Below are positions 51,311-60,275 of a stretch of DNA of 64,000 bases, in pieces. Below the pieces are notes generated by a model. The model did not search any database. It was given only the letters and a program-made list of their open reading frames with translations, and was not told the DNA's origin. The stretch covers positions 5,673 to 69,672 of the forward strand of contig MNWR01000007.1 of NCBI GenBank assembly GCA_001872725.1, written 5' to 3'. Each line of letters opens with the position of its first letter. Position 1 is the first letter of the stretch. Origin of the DNA: Proteobacteria bacterium CG1_02_64_396 (GTDB lineage: Bacteria > Pseudomonadota > MNWR01 > CG1-02-64-396). A program made the translations under genes and the position numbers.

Positions 51311-51387
51311 GGTGGATGCGCTTTCGCTTATCCACCCTACCCCATTTTCGGCAATGTGTAGGGCGGATAAACGAAAGCGCATCCACC
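51311..51387. repeat. 30-nt inverted repeat (28/30) with a 17-nt loop between gatB and hisIE
   Basis: GGTGGATGCGCTTTCGCTTATCCACCCTAC pairs with GTAGGGCGGATAAACGAAAGCGCATCCACC. Each arm carries a TTATCC(A/G)CC DnaA-box-like 9-mer. Confidence 0.45.
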
Positions 51388-51426
51388 TCTACCCAGCCCT
51401 CCCGTTATTTCCCAGGCGAGGCCCCC

Positions 51427-52125
51427 ATGAATCTGCCCGAACCCAACGACGTGCTGATCGAATCGCTGGCTTGGCCCGAATCGGGGCTGTTGCCCGCCAT
51501 TGCCCAGGATGCGGCCACCGGGCGGGTGCTGATGCTTGCCTGGGTGGACCGCGAGGCGGTGCGCGAAACCTTGGGGACCGGTTTTGCTTGGTACTTCAGC
51601 CGTTCGCGGGGCAAGCTCTGGCAAAAGGGGGAGTCGAGCGGTCACACCCAGCGCATCATCGAGCTGCGCACCGACTGCGACAAAGACACCCTGCTTTATG
51701 TGGTCGAGCAGGTCGGTCCCGCCTGCCATACGGGGCGTGTCGACTGTTTCTTCGAAGCCCCTACCGCCCAAGGGTGGCAAGCGGTCGAACCGTTGCCCAC
51801 CACCCCCCTGGCCCCCCTGGCCCAGTTGCAGGGGACGATTCACGAGCGCCGGGGCGCCGACCCCGAAACCTCATGGACCGCTACGCTCTTTGCCCAAGGG
51901 CGGGAGAAAATCCTGCAAAAGGTGGGGGAGGAAGCGGTGGAGTTTGTGCTCGCCTCATCGTTGGGAACCCCCGAAAAGGCAGTGAGCGAGGCGGCCGACC
52001 TGATGTACCACCTGATGGTCGCCTTAAGCGAGCAGGGTCAATCGCTCGACGATGTCGCCGCCGAATTGGCCCGGCGCGAGGGGGTCTCGGGGCTGACCGA
52101 GAAGGCCTCCCGCCCTAAGGGTTAA
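51427..52125 (+). CDS. hisIE: Bifunctional phosphoribosyl-AMP cyclohydrolase / phosphoribosyl-ATP pyrophosphatase
   Basis: A HisI domain (…[10 protein letters not shown]…[36 protein letters not shown]…) followed by a HisE domain. The true start is ATG 51427; the ORF track is extended through the repeat. Confidence 0.88.
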   Translation: MNLPEPNDVLIESLAWPESGLLPAIAQDAATGRVLMLAWVDREAVRETLGTGFAWYFSRSRGKLWQKGESSGHTQRIIELRTDCDKDTLLYVVEQVGPACHTGRVDCFFEAPTAQGWQAVEPLPTTPLAPLAQLQGTIHERRGADPETSWTATLFAQGREKILQKVGEEAVEFVLASSLGTPEKAVSEAADLMYHLMVALSEQGQSLDDVAAELARREGVSGLTEKASRPKG

Positions 52126-52130
52126 TCCCC

Positions 52131-52979
52131 ATGGCTCGAACCCTCCACCCCTTGCGGTTGCACCAATCCATCGTTCTACAACCGATCTTCTCGACCTCGG
52201 CCCCGACCCCGCTCGAAATATTGGGGCGCAGTCCCCTGTTTCACCCCCTGAGCGAGCAGCAGCGCACCGAGGCGCTCGACGACAGCAAAACCCGGTGGCT
52301 ACGCGATCGCACCCGGTTGTGGAGCGAGGGAGAGATGGGGCGTTCGGTGGTGCTGGTGCTCGATGGCACCCTTTCGGTCGCCTTCGGGAATACCGTGTTG
52401 GGTCGTCTGGGTCCGGGGGCGTTGATTGGCCTCAACGGCCTGAACAAATCGCTGTTTCGCCAATTCACCGTCGGGGTGCTCGGGGCGGCGCTCCTGATCG
52501 AGCTCCCCTGGTCGCGCCTCAAGACAATCCTGCAACAACAACCCTCGGTCGAAACCGGCCTTCAGGTTTTCGTGCGCAGCCACCGCGCCTGGAAATCGCT
52601 CACCCTCCACCCCCTGTTCGCCCTGCTCGACGAGGGCCAGCGGAGTCAGGCCGCCACCGCCTCACGCTGGCTCGATCTTTCTAAAGGGGAGGTCGTGATC
52701 CGGCAGGGGGAGGTCGACCGCGACCTTTACATTGTGGTTGAGGGGAGCCTGGAGGTGTTCGAGCAGGAGGGAGAACGGGAGTTGATGGTCAACCGACTCG
52801 GACCCGGCGCGGTGGTGGGGGAGTTCGCCTTGATCGACGGCGCCCCTCGGGCCGCCACGGTGCGCACCTTGGAGCCAACCCAGCTGCTTCATGTCCCCGC
52901 CGAGGCGCTGGAGGAGGGGCTGGGGGACGGGGTTTTTCAAGAGGCATTGACTCGGTTGAAACGTCAGAAAACCGAGTAA
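52131..52979 (+). CDS. Tandem cyclic-nucleotide-binding (cNMP/CAP-effector) domain protein with no recognisable output domain
   Basis: Two cNMP-binding beta-barrels (…GEMGRSVVLVLDGTLSV… and …GEVDRDLYIVVEGSLEV…GPGAVVGEFALIDGAPRAATVRT…). Confidence 0.7.
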   Translation: MARTLHPLRLHQSIVLQPIFSTSAPTPLEILGRSPLFHPLSEQQRTEALDDSKTRWLRDRTRLWSEGEMGRSVVLVLDGTLSVAFGNTVLGRLGPGALIGLNGLNKSLFRQFTVGVLGAALLIELPWSRLKTILQQQPSVETGLQVFVRSHRAWKSLTLHPLFALLDEGQRSQAATASRWLDLSKGEVVIRQGEVDRDLYIVVEGSLEVFEQEGERELMVNRLGPGAVVGEFALIDGAPRAATVRTLEPTQLLHVPAEALEEGLGDGVFQEALTRLKRQKTE

Positions 52980-52992
52980 GTTGGAACTTTGC

Positions 52993-53020
52993 TTGACCTG
53001 TGGCAGCGGCTCTTTAGAAT
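52993..53020 (+). promoter_or_regulatory. Sigma70-like promoter upstream of rpmH
   Basis: TTGACC (52993–52998), a 16-nt spacer, then TAGAAT (53015–53020). Confidence 0.45.
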
Positions 53021-53088
53021 GCCGCCCCTTTTGCCGTCCCCCTGCGTTGGGCCCTTTGGCCTGATCGTTGTCGTTTGGAGCATTCAAG

Positions 53089-53235
53089 ATGAAGCGCACC
53101 TACCAGCCCAGCCGTATCAAGCGTGCCCGCACCCACGGTTTCCGTGCCCGCATGGCGACCAAGAATGGCCGCAAGGTTCTCAACAATCGTCGCGCCAAGG
53201 GTCGGCATAGCTTGTCCGTTTCTAGCGACAACTAA
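53089..53235 (+). CDS. rpmH: 50S ribosomal protein L34, absent from the ORF track (48 aa)
   Basis: [44 protein letters not shown]… is the canonical L34 sequence. Confidence 0.9.
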   Translation: MKRTYQPSRIKRARTHGFRARMATKNGRKVLNNRRAKGRHSLSVSSDN

Positions 53236-53239
53236 GATT

Positions 53240-53710
53240 GTGAGGGCTGGGGCTCCGCAAGGCGCGCCAGGCGCCGCGGAGGCCCCTGTGTCGGTGAACG
53301 GCCCACAATCGGCCATCCCCCTGCCGAACAACCCCCGCGATCTTCCCTTTTCCGGGCAGCAATTCCCTCCGGAATGCCGGATTTTGCGTCGCGGCGAGTT
53401 CCAGGCCATCGCCCGCTTGGGGCGGCGGGAGCACACCCGTAACTTCGTGATCGTCCATCGCCCCTCGGTCGCCTCTTGGGCCCGCTTGGGGGTGACGGTT
53501 TCGAAGAAGGTCGCCAAGCAGGCGGTGCGGCGCAATCGCATCAAGCGGTTGATCCGCGAGGCCTTTCGCACCCTCCCCGAGGATCTGCGCCGTCGCCCCT
53601 TCGATTTGGTGGTGATCGCCCGCGCCTCCAGCGTTGATGTTGCGGGGGGCGCGCTCCTGAGCGAGATGCAAGCGGCGCTAACCCGTCTTCTGACCGGGAG
53701 AACGCGGTGA
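53240..53710 (+). CDS. rnpA: RNase P protein component
   Basis: An RnpA basic motif (…VSKKVAKQAVRRNRIKRLIREAFR…). The start is uncertain: GTG 53240 gives 157 aa, and a later GTG near 53290 is also possible. The ORF-track start at 53123 overlaps rpmH and is rejected. Confidence 0.75.
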   Translation: MRAGAPQGAPGAAEAPVSVNGPQSAIPLPNNPRDLPFSGQQFPPECRILRRGEFQAIARLGRREHTRNFVIVHRPSVASWARLGVTVSKKVAKQAVRRNRIKRLIREAFRTLPEDLRRRPFDLVVIARASSVDVAGGALLSEMQAALTRLLTGRTR

Positions 53711-54024
53711 TTCACTGGTGGCGTACCCTCAGTCGTGTTCCATCTGGGATTCTGATTGGAATCGTCCGGGTGTATCGCTACGCCATCAGCCCCTTTTTCC
53801 CCCCCTCCTGTCGTTACTACCCTAGCTGTTCGGAGTACGCCGTCGGCGCGCTGCGTCATCATGGGGCGATCCGGGGGGGTATCCTTACGGTTTGGCGGAT
53901 CCTGCGTTGTAACCCCTGGTCGTCTGGGGGCGAGGATCCGGTGCCGCGACGGCATGAGCACACTACGTGCGATCATTCCCCATCCAACCTGAATACCGGG
54001 GATTCATCCCCCCGGCTCTCCTAA
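53707..54024 (+). CDS. yidD: Membrane protein insertion efficiency factor YidD
   Basis: A YidD signature (…YRYAISPFFPPSCRYYPSCSEYA…GGILTVWRILRCNPW…). Confidence 0.8.
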   Translation: MIHWWRTLSRVPSGILIGIVRVYRYAISPFFPPSCRYYPSCSEYAVGALRHHGAIRGGILTVWRILRCNPWSSGGEDPVPRRHEHTTCDHSPSNLNTGDSSPRLS

Positions 54025-54042
54025 CCATCCAGGAATCGATTC

Positions 54043-55722
54043 ATGGAAAAGCGGTTGCTCGCGGCTTTTGCCCTTTCCCTGCTGGTGATGGTCGGTTTCC
54101 AGTTCATGTTCACCCCCACGCCCCCCTTGCCGGGGAGCGAGGATCAAACCGCCCAGGTGGAGCAGCAAACCCAGGAGGGGGGTGGTGCAGCGGTCAGTGA
54201 CGCCGCTGTGACTGCCCTGCCAGGCGACGATACCGAGGGGGCGACCCCCCAGGTTGGACGGGGCGTCGGCAGCGAAGCGGGGGCGCAGGGCAGCACCACC
54301 AGCGCCGCCCAGCCCGAAATCGACCTGAGCGGCGCCGTGGTGCTGCACAACCAGCTTCTGCAACTAACCGTGTTGCCGGTGGGTGGTCGCATTGTCGATG
54401 CCGCCTTCCTGAAGTACCCCGTCGCCCCCGGTTCCGAGGAGCGGGTCCACCTGCTGCAGGCCGATGCCGAAAAGCGGGCCTTGATCCGCGAATGGTTCGA
54501 CGGTGACCAAACCCAAGCGCTGCCCCTGCCCACCACCCCCTTTGCGGTAACCGCCCAGAGCGATCAATCGCTCACCCTGACCTGGAGCAACCAGGAGGGG
54601 GTGACCTTCACCCGCACCATCACCATCGACAGCGACAAACCCTACCTCGTGCATTCGAACTGGACGGTCTCGAATGCGGCGGCGGTGGAGGGGGTTCGTT
54701 ATCACTGCGACCTAGTCGCCGTCCCCTTCGTCAAAGAATCGAACATGGTCAACTTCTACGACCATGCCGGACCCCAGGGGTACATCGGCGGGCAATGGAT
54801 GCAGGTTGAATACGACGAGGTGGGGGAGAAGCTCTTCCAGCTCCCCGGCACCCAAGGGTGGATCGGTCAGACCATCCCTTACTTCCTGGCCGCCGTCATG
54901 GCCCCCACCGACCGGGAGAGCATCGGCTACCTCGGTCAAGAGGGGCGGATGGTGGTGACAGGTCTTGCCTACCCCACCGGAGGGGCGAGCTGGAGCCAGG
55001 ATCTGTTCATCGGCCCGAAAGAGGTCGATTTGATGGAGGAGGTGGGTCGCGACCTGCCGCGGGCCATCGATTTTGGCTGGATCACCTTTCTGGGCCGTCC
55101 CCTGCTCGACCTGTTGGTCTTCTTCGAGGGTTATCTGGGCAACTGGGGTCTGGCGATCATCATGCTGACCCTAGCGATCAAGATCGTTCTCTTCCCACTG
55201 GCCAACGCCTCTTACAAGTCGCTCAACGGGATGCGCAAGCTGACCCCGAAGCTGCAAGAGCTCAAAGAGAAGTACAAGGACGACCGGCAGAAGCAGTCGC
55301 AAGAGATGATGGCGCTGTACCAGAAGCACAAGATCAATCCGATGGGGGGCTGCCTGCCCATCCTGATTCAGATTCCGATCTTCTTCGCGCTGTATCGGGT
55401 GTTCGCCAGCGCGGTCGAATTGCGCATGGCCCCCTTCTACGGCTGGATCACCGATATGACCGCCCAGGATCCCTACTACATCCTGCCGGTATTGTTCGGC
55501 ATCTCGATGTTCATTCAGCAGAAGCTCAACCCGGCCCCCGCCGACAAGATGCAGGAGCGGATCCTGTTGCTGCTGCCGGTGATCTTCACCTTCTTCTTCA
55601 TGACCTTCCCCTCGGGGTTGGTGCTCTACTGGTTGGTCAACAACGTGTTGTCGATTGCCCAGCAGGCCTACATCTACAAGAAGTTTTCCGACCCGCTGCC
55701 CGAAAAGGTCAGAAAAAAGTAA
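54043..55722 (+). CDS. yidC: Membrane protein insertase YidC
   Basis: 559 aa with an N-terminal TM helix and a periplasmic domain. The C-terminal 5-TM core has conserved blocks (…MLTLAIKIVLFPL… LQELKEKYKDDRQKQSQEMMALYQKHKINPMGGCLPILIQIPIFFALY…). Confidence 0.92.
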   Translation: MEKRLLAAFALSLLVMVGFQFMFTPTPPLPGSEDQTAQVEQQTQEGGGAAVSDAAVTALPGDDTEGATPQVGRGVGSEAGAQGSTTSAAQPEIDLSGAVVLHNQLLQLTVLPVGGRIVDAAFLKYPVAPGSEERVHLLQADAEKRALIREWFDGDQTQALPLPTTPFAVTAQSDQSLTLTWSNQEGVTFTRTITIDSDKPYLVHSNWTVSNAAAVEGVRYHCDLVAVPFVKESNMVNFYDHAGPQGYIGGQWMQVEYDEVGEKLFQLPGTQGWIGQTIPYFLAAVMAPTDRESIGYLGQEGRMVVTGLAYPTGGASWSQDLFIGPKEVDLMEEVGRDLPRAIDFGWITFLGRPLLDLLVFFEGYLGNWGLAIIMLTLAIKIVLFPLANASYKSLNGMRKLTPKLQELKEKYKDDRQKQSQEMMALYQKHKINPMGGCLPILIQIPIFFALYRVFASAVELRMAPFYGWITDMTAQDPYYILPVLFGISMFIQQKLNPAPADKMQERILLLLPVIFTFFFMTFPSGLVLYWLVNNVLSIAQQAYIYKKFSDPLPEKVRKK

Positions 55723-55819
55723 AGCCGGGTTTGTAAGAATTCAGGATGCACTCCGAAGGGGGGAGAGATTGTTTCTCTCCCCCTTTTTGTTGGGCCTACT
55801 CCGGCCCTGGAGGCGTGTC

Positions 55820-56272
55820 ATGGTGCGTATTTGGAAGATGGCGCTGTTGGGACTAGGTGTTCTGGGGTTCGGTGCGGGCTGGGCCTTGGCCGCCGAGCCG
55901 CCCCCCGTGGCGCCGCAGGTGTTGGCGGTGAAGATGTATGCCGATTGGTGCCCCGGTTGTCAGGCGATGGCCGGGGCCTGGAAACAAACCCAGGAGCGGT
56001 TGGCCGACCAGCCGGTGTTGTTCGTCAAACTCGACAAAACCACCCCGGACCTGGCCAAACAATCGGCGATGTTGGCCGAGCGGCTCGGTTTGGCGCTGCT
56101 TTACAGCGATCATCCCGGCACCGGCTTCGTGCTGCTGGTCGATCCCCAAAGCCACGCCCTGCTCGATACCCTCAATCCGATGATGAACGCCGACCAGATG
56201 GTGCGCCGGATTCAGGCCCATACCGGGTTGAGTGAAACAGGCGCGATGGGGGCGAAACACAGCGCCATGTAA
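55820..56272 (+). CDS. Periplasmic thioredoxin-like (CxxC) protein
   Basis: A signal peptide and a WCPGC active-site motif. ATG 55820 follows GGAGG. ~150 aa. Confidence 0.6.
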   Translation: MVRIWKMALLGLGVLGFGAGWALAAEPPPVAPQVLAVKMYADWCPGCQAMAGAWKQTQERLADQPVLFVKLDKTTPDLAKQSAMLAERLGLALLYSDHPGTGFVLLVDPQSHALLDTLNPMMNADQMVRRIQAHTGLSETGAMGAKHSAM

Positions 56273-57632
56273 TCCCCACAAGGGGGCGATTCTGAGCTCT
56301 TCAGCATTCACCGATACCATCGCCGCCGTCGCTACCCCTCCCGGTTTGGGCGGGGTGGCGATCGTGCGCGTCTCTGGCCCCGAGGTTGCCAGGGTTTTTC
56401 CGCTATTGCCCAAGCTCCCCGATCCTCCTCCCCCCCGCACCGCCTGTTTCACCCCCCTGGTCGATGACGCAGGGGAGGTGCTCGACGAGATCCTCGCCCT
56501 GTATTTTCCGGCGCCCCGCTCTTACACCGGCGAGGATGTGCTGGAGCTGCACCTGCACGGCAATCCCCACCTCTGCGCCGAGGTGCTCAGTTTGCTCGCC
56601 ACCCTCGACATTCGCCCCGCTCAACCGGGCGAATTCACCCGCCGCGCCTTTTTGAATGGCCGTCTCGATCTGACCCAGGCCGAGGCGGTAGAGAAAATCA
56701 TCCACGCCCCGACCCGCGAAGGGCGGCGGGCGGCGGTGCGGCTACTCGATGGGGGATTGGGGGAGGCGATTGGGCCGGTGCGGGAGGCCTTGATCGATCT
56801 GCTGGCTCAGGTCGAGGCCCACATCGATTTCGAGGTCGAGGAGAGCGGCGAGTCGGTCGCCCCCCAGCTTGAGGAGGGGCTCAAAACCCTGCTCCACGCC
56901 CTCGACCCTTGGGTCGCCAGCCGCCGCACCGCCGAGCGGCTCTTCGGCGGGGTGCGGGTGGTGCTGGCCGGGCGGCCCAACGTCGGCAAATCGAGCCTTT
57001 TCAACCGCTTGCTGGGTGAAGAGCGGGCCATCGTCACTGCCATCGCCGGAACGACCCGCGATCTGATCGACCGCGACGTGCATTTGGGCCCCTATCCGGT
57101 ACGGTTGATCGACACCGCCGGATTGCGGCAGACCGAGGATGTGATCGAGGCCGAAGGGGTGGGGCGCAGTCGTCGCAGCGCCGCGCAGGCCGATCTGCTG
57201 CTCTGGGTCAGCGACGACCCCGACGAAGCGCCCCCCGAGGATCTAACCCGCCCCTGCGACGTGCGCATCGACAACAAACGCGACGCCTGGGGGGGAACAT
57301 CGGGTTGGCAGGGGGAGCACCGCTTCGTTTGCGCCGCCAAGAGCGATCCCGACGAGGTGTTCGAGGCGCTGCGGGCCGGTTTGGGCCATCTGCTGGGGGA
57401 TGTGGGGGGCGAGGAGTCTCTCACCGCCACCGCCCGGCAAGGGCAGGCGCTGGCCGAAGCTCGGCAGCACCTGCTGGCGGCCCAAACCCTGCTGCGGGAC
57501 GATCCCGACGATTTGGAGTTGATCGCCGAGGAGCTACACGGCGCCGCCCACCGTCTGGCCGAGCTGCTCGGGGAGATCCACGGCGAGGATGTGCTCGACC
57601 GGGTGTTTTCGAGTTTTTGTATCGGGAAGTAG
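56232..57632 (+). CDS. mnmE: tRNA modification GTPase MnmE (TrmE)
   Basis: An N-terminal domain (…TDTIAAVATPPGLGGVAIVRVSG…), the G-domain (GRPNVGKSSLFNRL… DTAG) and the C-terminal FCIGK. The start is uncertain; ATG 56232 overlaps the upstream gene by 41 nt. Confidence 0.9.
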   Translation: MKQARWGRNTAPCNPHKGAILSSSAFTDTIAAVATPPGLGGVAIVRVSGPEVARVFPLLPKLPDPPPPRTACFTPLVDDAGEVLDEILALYFPAPRSYTGEDVLELHLHGNPHLCAEVLSLLATLDIRPAQPGEFTRRAFLNGRLDLTQAEAVEKIIHAPTREGRRAAVRLLDGGLGEAIGPVREALIDLLAQVEAHIDFEVEESGESVAPQLEEGLKTLLHALDPWVASRRTAERLFGGVRVVLAGRPNVGKSSLFNRLLGEERAIVTAIAGTTRDLIDRDVHLGPYPVRLIDTAGLRQTEDVIEAEGVGRSRRSAAQADLLLWVSDDPDEAPPEDLTRPCDVRIDNKRDAWGGTSGWQGEHRFVCAAKSDPDEVFEALRAGLGHLLGDVGGEESLTATARQGQALAEARQHLLAAQTLLRDDPDDLELIAEELHGAAHRLAELLGEIHGEDVLDRVFSSFCIGK

Positions 57633-57649
57633 GTCAGGGGGAGCGGGCG

Positions 57650-58681
57650 ATGGTGCGCTGGCGGGCAAGGGTGATGGTGCTGGTTGTGCTGGCCGGATGC
57701 GGCTCTTCAGCCTCCACCGGTCCGTCGTCGGGGGGTGACGGCACCGGAGCTTGGTCCCCCGCCGCCAGCGTGGTGGCCGAGATGGTCGGCTACACCAACA
57801 CTCTGGCGGCGACGATGCCGGGCATTGGCAGCCAGGGGTATCTTCCCCCCGATGCTGCCGCCTTAACGCACTGGGAAACTGCGGTGCAGGCCTTGGCCCA
57901 GGGGGATGGGGCGGCGGCGCAAACCGCGCTGGGCAATTTGCCCGGCTACCGCCTGGCCGAACTGAGCGATACCGGCGATGGCAACCGCCGCTACTGGGTG
58001 CTGGAGGAGTCCCCCGCCGTGCAACAGGGTTGGGGTACCCTGATGGTGAACCCCACCCCCCAGCGCGAGTTGCTCGTCGAGGTGCCCCACCCGGTGTTCG
58101 ATACCAACACCGCCGCCGAGGGGGCGCGGATCTTCCGGCAAACCGGCGCCCGCTACCTGCTGATTGCCGGAACCCACCGCTGCGCCAACACCGCCACCTC
58201 GACCTGCGCCGGGACCACCGGGGTTTGCGATGGCGGGGCGCCCTCCCCCTTTCGCACCTCGGACATGGGGCACAACGGCGATACCCCCTTCCAATCGGTC
58301 CATCGTCTGTTGATGACGGCCCACCCCAACCTGGTGGCGATCAGCCTGCACGGCAACGGCCAGGCCGAGTGTGGCGATCTGTTTTTAAGCAGCGGCTCCA
58401 CCACCACGGTCGACCCCCTTGTCGCCACGTTGCAGCAGAACTTCCCGGCCGGCTCCTCCCTGACGGTGTTGACCGTGGCCGACCCTGGGGTGACCTGCAC
58501 CCTGTTCGGCTCGACCAACGTTCAGGGGCGTCAGATCAACGGCAGTCCCTCCCCGTGCAGTCAATCGGCCAGCGCCACCTCGGGGCGTTTCATCCACATC
58601 GAACAAAGCCTGCGGGTGCGCTCTCAGGGGTATGATGCCGAGCTGATTCAAGCGCTGATCGCCACCTTCCCGGTATTGTGA
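57650..58681 (+). CDS. Hypothetical lipoprotein (unknown function)
   Basis: A lipobox (VLAG|C). It contains His/Cys-rich motifs (HPVFD… IAGTHRC… SLHGNGQAEC…). 343 aa. The ORF-track start at 57305 overlaps mnmE and is rejected. Confidence 0.5.
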   Translation: MVRWRARVMVLVVLAGCGSSASTGPSSGGDGTGAWSPAASVVAEMVGYTNTLAATMPGIGSQGYLPPDAAALTHWETAVQALAQGDGAAAQTALGNLPGYRLAELSDTGDGNRRYWVLEESPAVQQGWGTLMVNPTPQRELLVEVPHPVFDTNTAAEGARIFRQTGARYLLIAGTHRCANTATSTCAGTTGVCDGGAPSPFRTSDMGHNGDTPFQSVHRLLMTAHPNLVAISLHGNGQAECGDLFLSSGSTTTVDPLVATLQQNFPAGSSLTVLTVADPGVTCTLFGSTNVQGRQINGSPSPCSQSASATSGRFIHIEQSLRVRSQGYDAELIQALIATFPVL

Positions 58682-58688
58682 GGACGCC

Positions 58689-59408
58689 ATGACCCTAACC
58701 GTGTTGCAACATGTCCCTTTCGAAGGGCCCGCTGCCATCGCCGATTGGGCGCAATCGCGAGGGGTCGAGGTGCAGATTGTGCGTATGGATCAAAACCAAT
58801 CCCTCCCCGACCCCGAGTCGGTCGAGGGGTTGGTGGTCATGGGGGGGCCGATGGGGGTGGGGGATGGCGATCAATACCCCTGGATCGATCCCGAGCGCGA
58901 GTGGATTGGCCGGGTGCTCAAGCGGGGGGTACCGACCTTGGGCATCTGCCTGGGGGGGCAGTTGATGGCCGCCGCCTTAGGGGGGCAGGTCACCCGCAAT
59001 CAAGAAAAAGAGATCGGCTGGTTTCCCATCGAACGGACGCAAGAGGGGCAAGAGGAGGCAGTCGCCCCCTGGAATCCCCTGCTGCCCGAGCGGCTCATCC
59101 CCCTGCACTGGCACGGCGAGACCTTCTCGATCCCCGAGGGGGCAACCCGGCTGTACCAAAGCGCCGGGTGCGACAACCAGGCCTTCGCCTGGGGCGGGTG
59201 CGCCCTGGCGCTGCAATTCCATCTGGAATCGACGCAAGCCTCGGTGGCCGACCTGCTCAAACACGCCAAAGCCGACCTGGCCGAGCCCGGCCCCTTCGTA
59301 GCCTCTGCCCAGGCAATTCTTGAGGAGCGCGTCCAACACGAGCCGGTGAACCTCGCCCTACTCGAACAACTTTGTGACGCCCTGTTTCTTGGAAGCCCCC
59401 CCCCATGA
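58689..59408 (+). CDS. Class I glutamine amidotransferase-like protein (GATase1)
   Basis: A GATase1 nucleophile elbow (…LGICLGGQLMA…) and downstream His/Glu (…IPLHWHGETF…). 239 aa. Confidence 0.75.
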   Translation: MTLTVLQHVPFEGPAAIADWAQSRGVEVQIVRMDQNQSLPDPESVEGLVVMGGPMGVGDGDQYPWIDPEREWIGRVLKRGVPTLGICLGGQLMAAALGGQVTRNQEKEIGWFPIERTQEGQEEAVAPWNPLLPERLIPLHWHGETFSIPEGATRLYQSAGCDNQAFAWGGCALALQFHLESTQASVADLLKHAKADLAEPGPFVASAQAILEERVQHEPVNLALLEQLCDALFLGSPPP

Positions 59409-60223
59409 GTTTGGCCGCCTGGTTTGCCGATCTGACCCCCTTTCAAATGGGGGTGACCGCCAGTTTCATCGCCGGGGGGATCGCCACCCCTCTCGGGGCT
59501 CTCCCGGTCTTTTTGATGAAGACGATCCGCGACCGCACGCGCCACATCCTGCTCGGCTTCGGCGCCGGGGTAATGCTGGCGGCGGTTTCGTTTTCGTTGA
59601 TCGTGCCTGGCCTGCAATCGGTTTTGGCCGGTGGGGGGAGCAAGGTCGAGGGGGCGTTGATTGTCGGGATGGGGATCATCCTGGGGGCGCTCGCCTTCCA
59701 CCTAGCCGACCGCTATGCCCCCCACGAGCATTTCTTCGCCGGTCGCGAGGGGAGTCTTCTGGGGGGGGGCGACGGCGATTGGGTGCGGCGGGTCTGGCTT
59801 TTCGTCATCGCCATCACGATCCACAACTTCCCCGAGGGGCTTTCGGTTGGGGTCGCCTTCGGGGGAGGGGAGAGTCCGACCGCCCTGGCGCTGGCCATCG
59901 GCATCGGCGCTCAGAACATCCCCGAGGGGTTGGTGGTGGCGGTCTCGCTGGTGGCGCTGGGCTACAAACCTGGGCTGGCGCTGGGGGTGGCGTTGCTCTC
60001 GGGGATGGTTGAACCGCTCGGGGCCTTGGTGGGGGCCGGTGCAGTCGCTTTGTCGCTGGTGCTGCTGCCGTGGTTTCTGGGGTTCGCGGCGGGGGCGATG
60101 CTGTTCGTGATTTCGGACGAGATCATCCCCGAGACCCATCGCCTGGGTAAGGAGCGCCCCGCCACCTTCGGGCTGATGATCGGCTTCATCTTGATGATGA
60201 CCCTCGATACCGCGTTGGGGTGA
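59405..60223 (+). CDS. ZIP-family divalent metal (Zn/Fe) transporter, ZupT-like
   Basis: A ZIP signature in two repeats (…HNFPEGLSVGVAF… and …GAQNIPEGLVVAVSL…). It overlaps the upstream gene by 4 nt. Confidence 0.8.
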   Translation: MSLAAWFADLTPFQMGVTASFIAGGIATPLGALPVFLMKTIRDRTRHILLGFGAGVMLAAVSFSLIVPGLQSVLAGGGSKVEGALIVGMGIILGALAFHLADRYAPHEHFFAGREGSLLGGGDGDWVRRVWLFVIAITIHNFPEGLSVGVAFGGGESPTALALAIGIGAQNIPEGLVVAVSLVALGYKPGLALGVALLSGMVEPLGALVGAGAVALSLVLLPWFLGFAAGAMLFVISDEIIPETHRLGKERPATFGLMIGFILMMTLDTALG

Positions 60224-60275
60224 AGCTCACCTTTCCCCCCCCGCCCACCCCCTTTGTACTGGAACAGGAGTCCCC

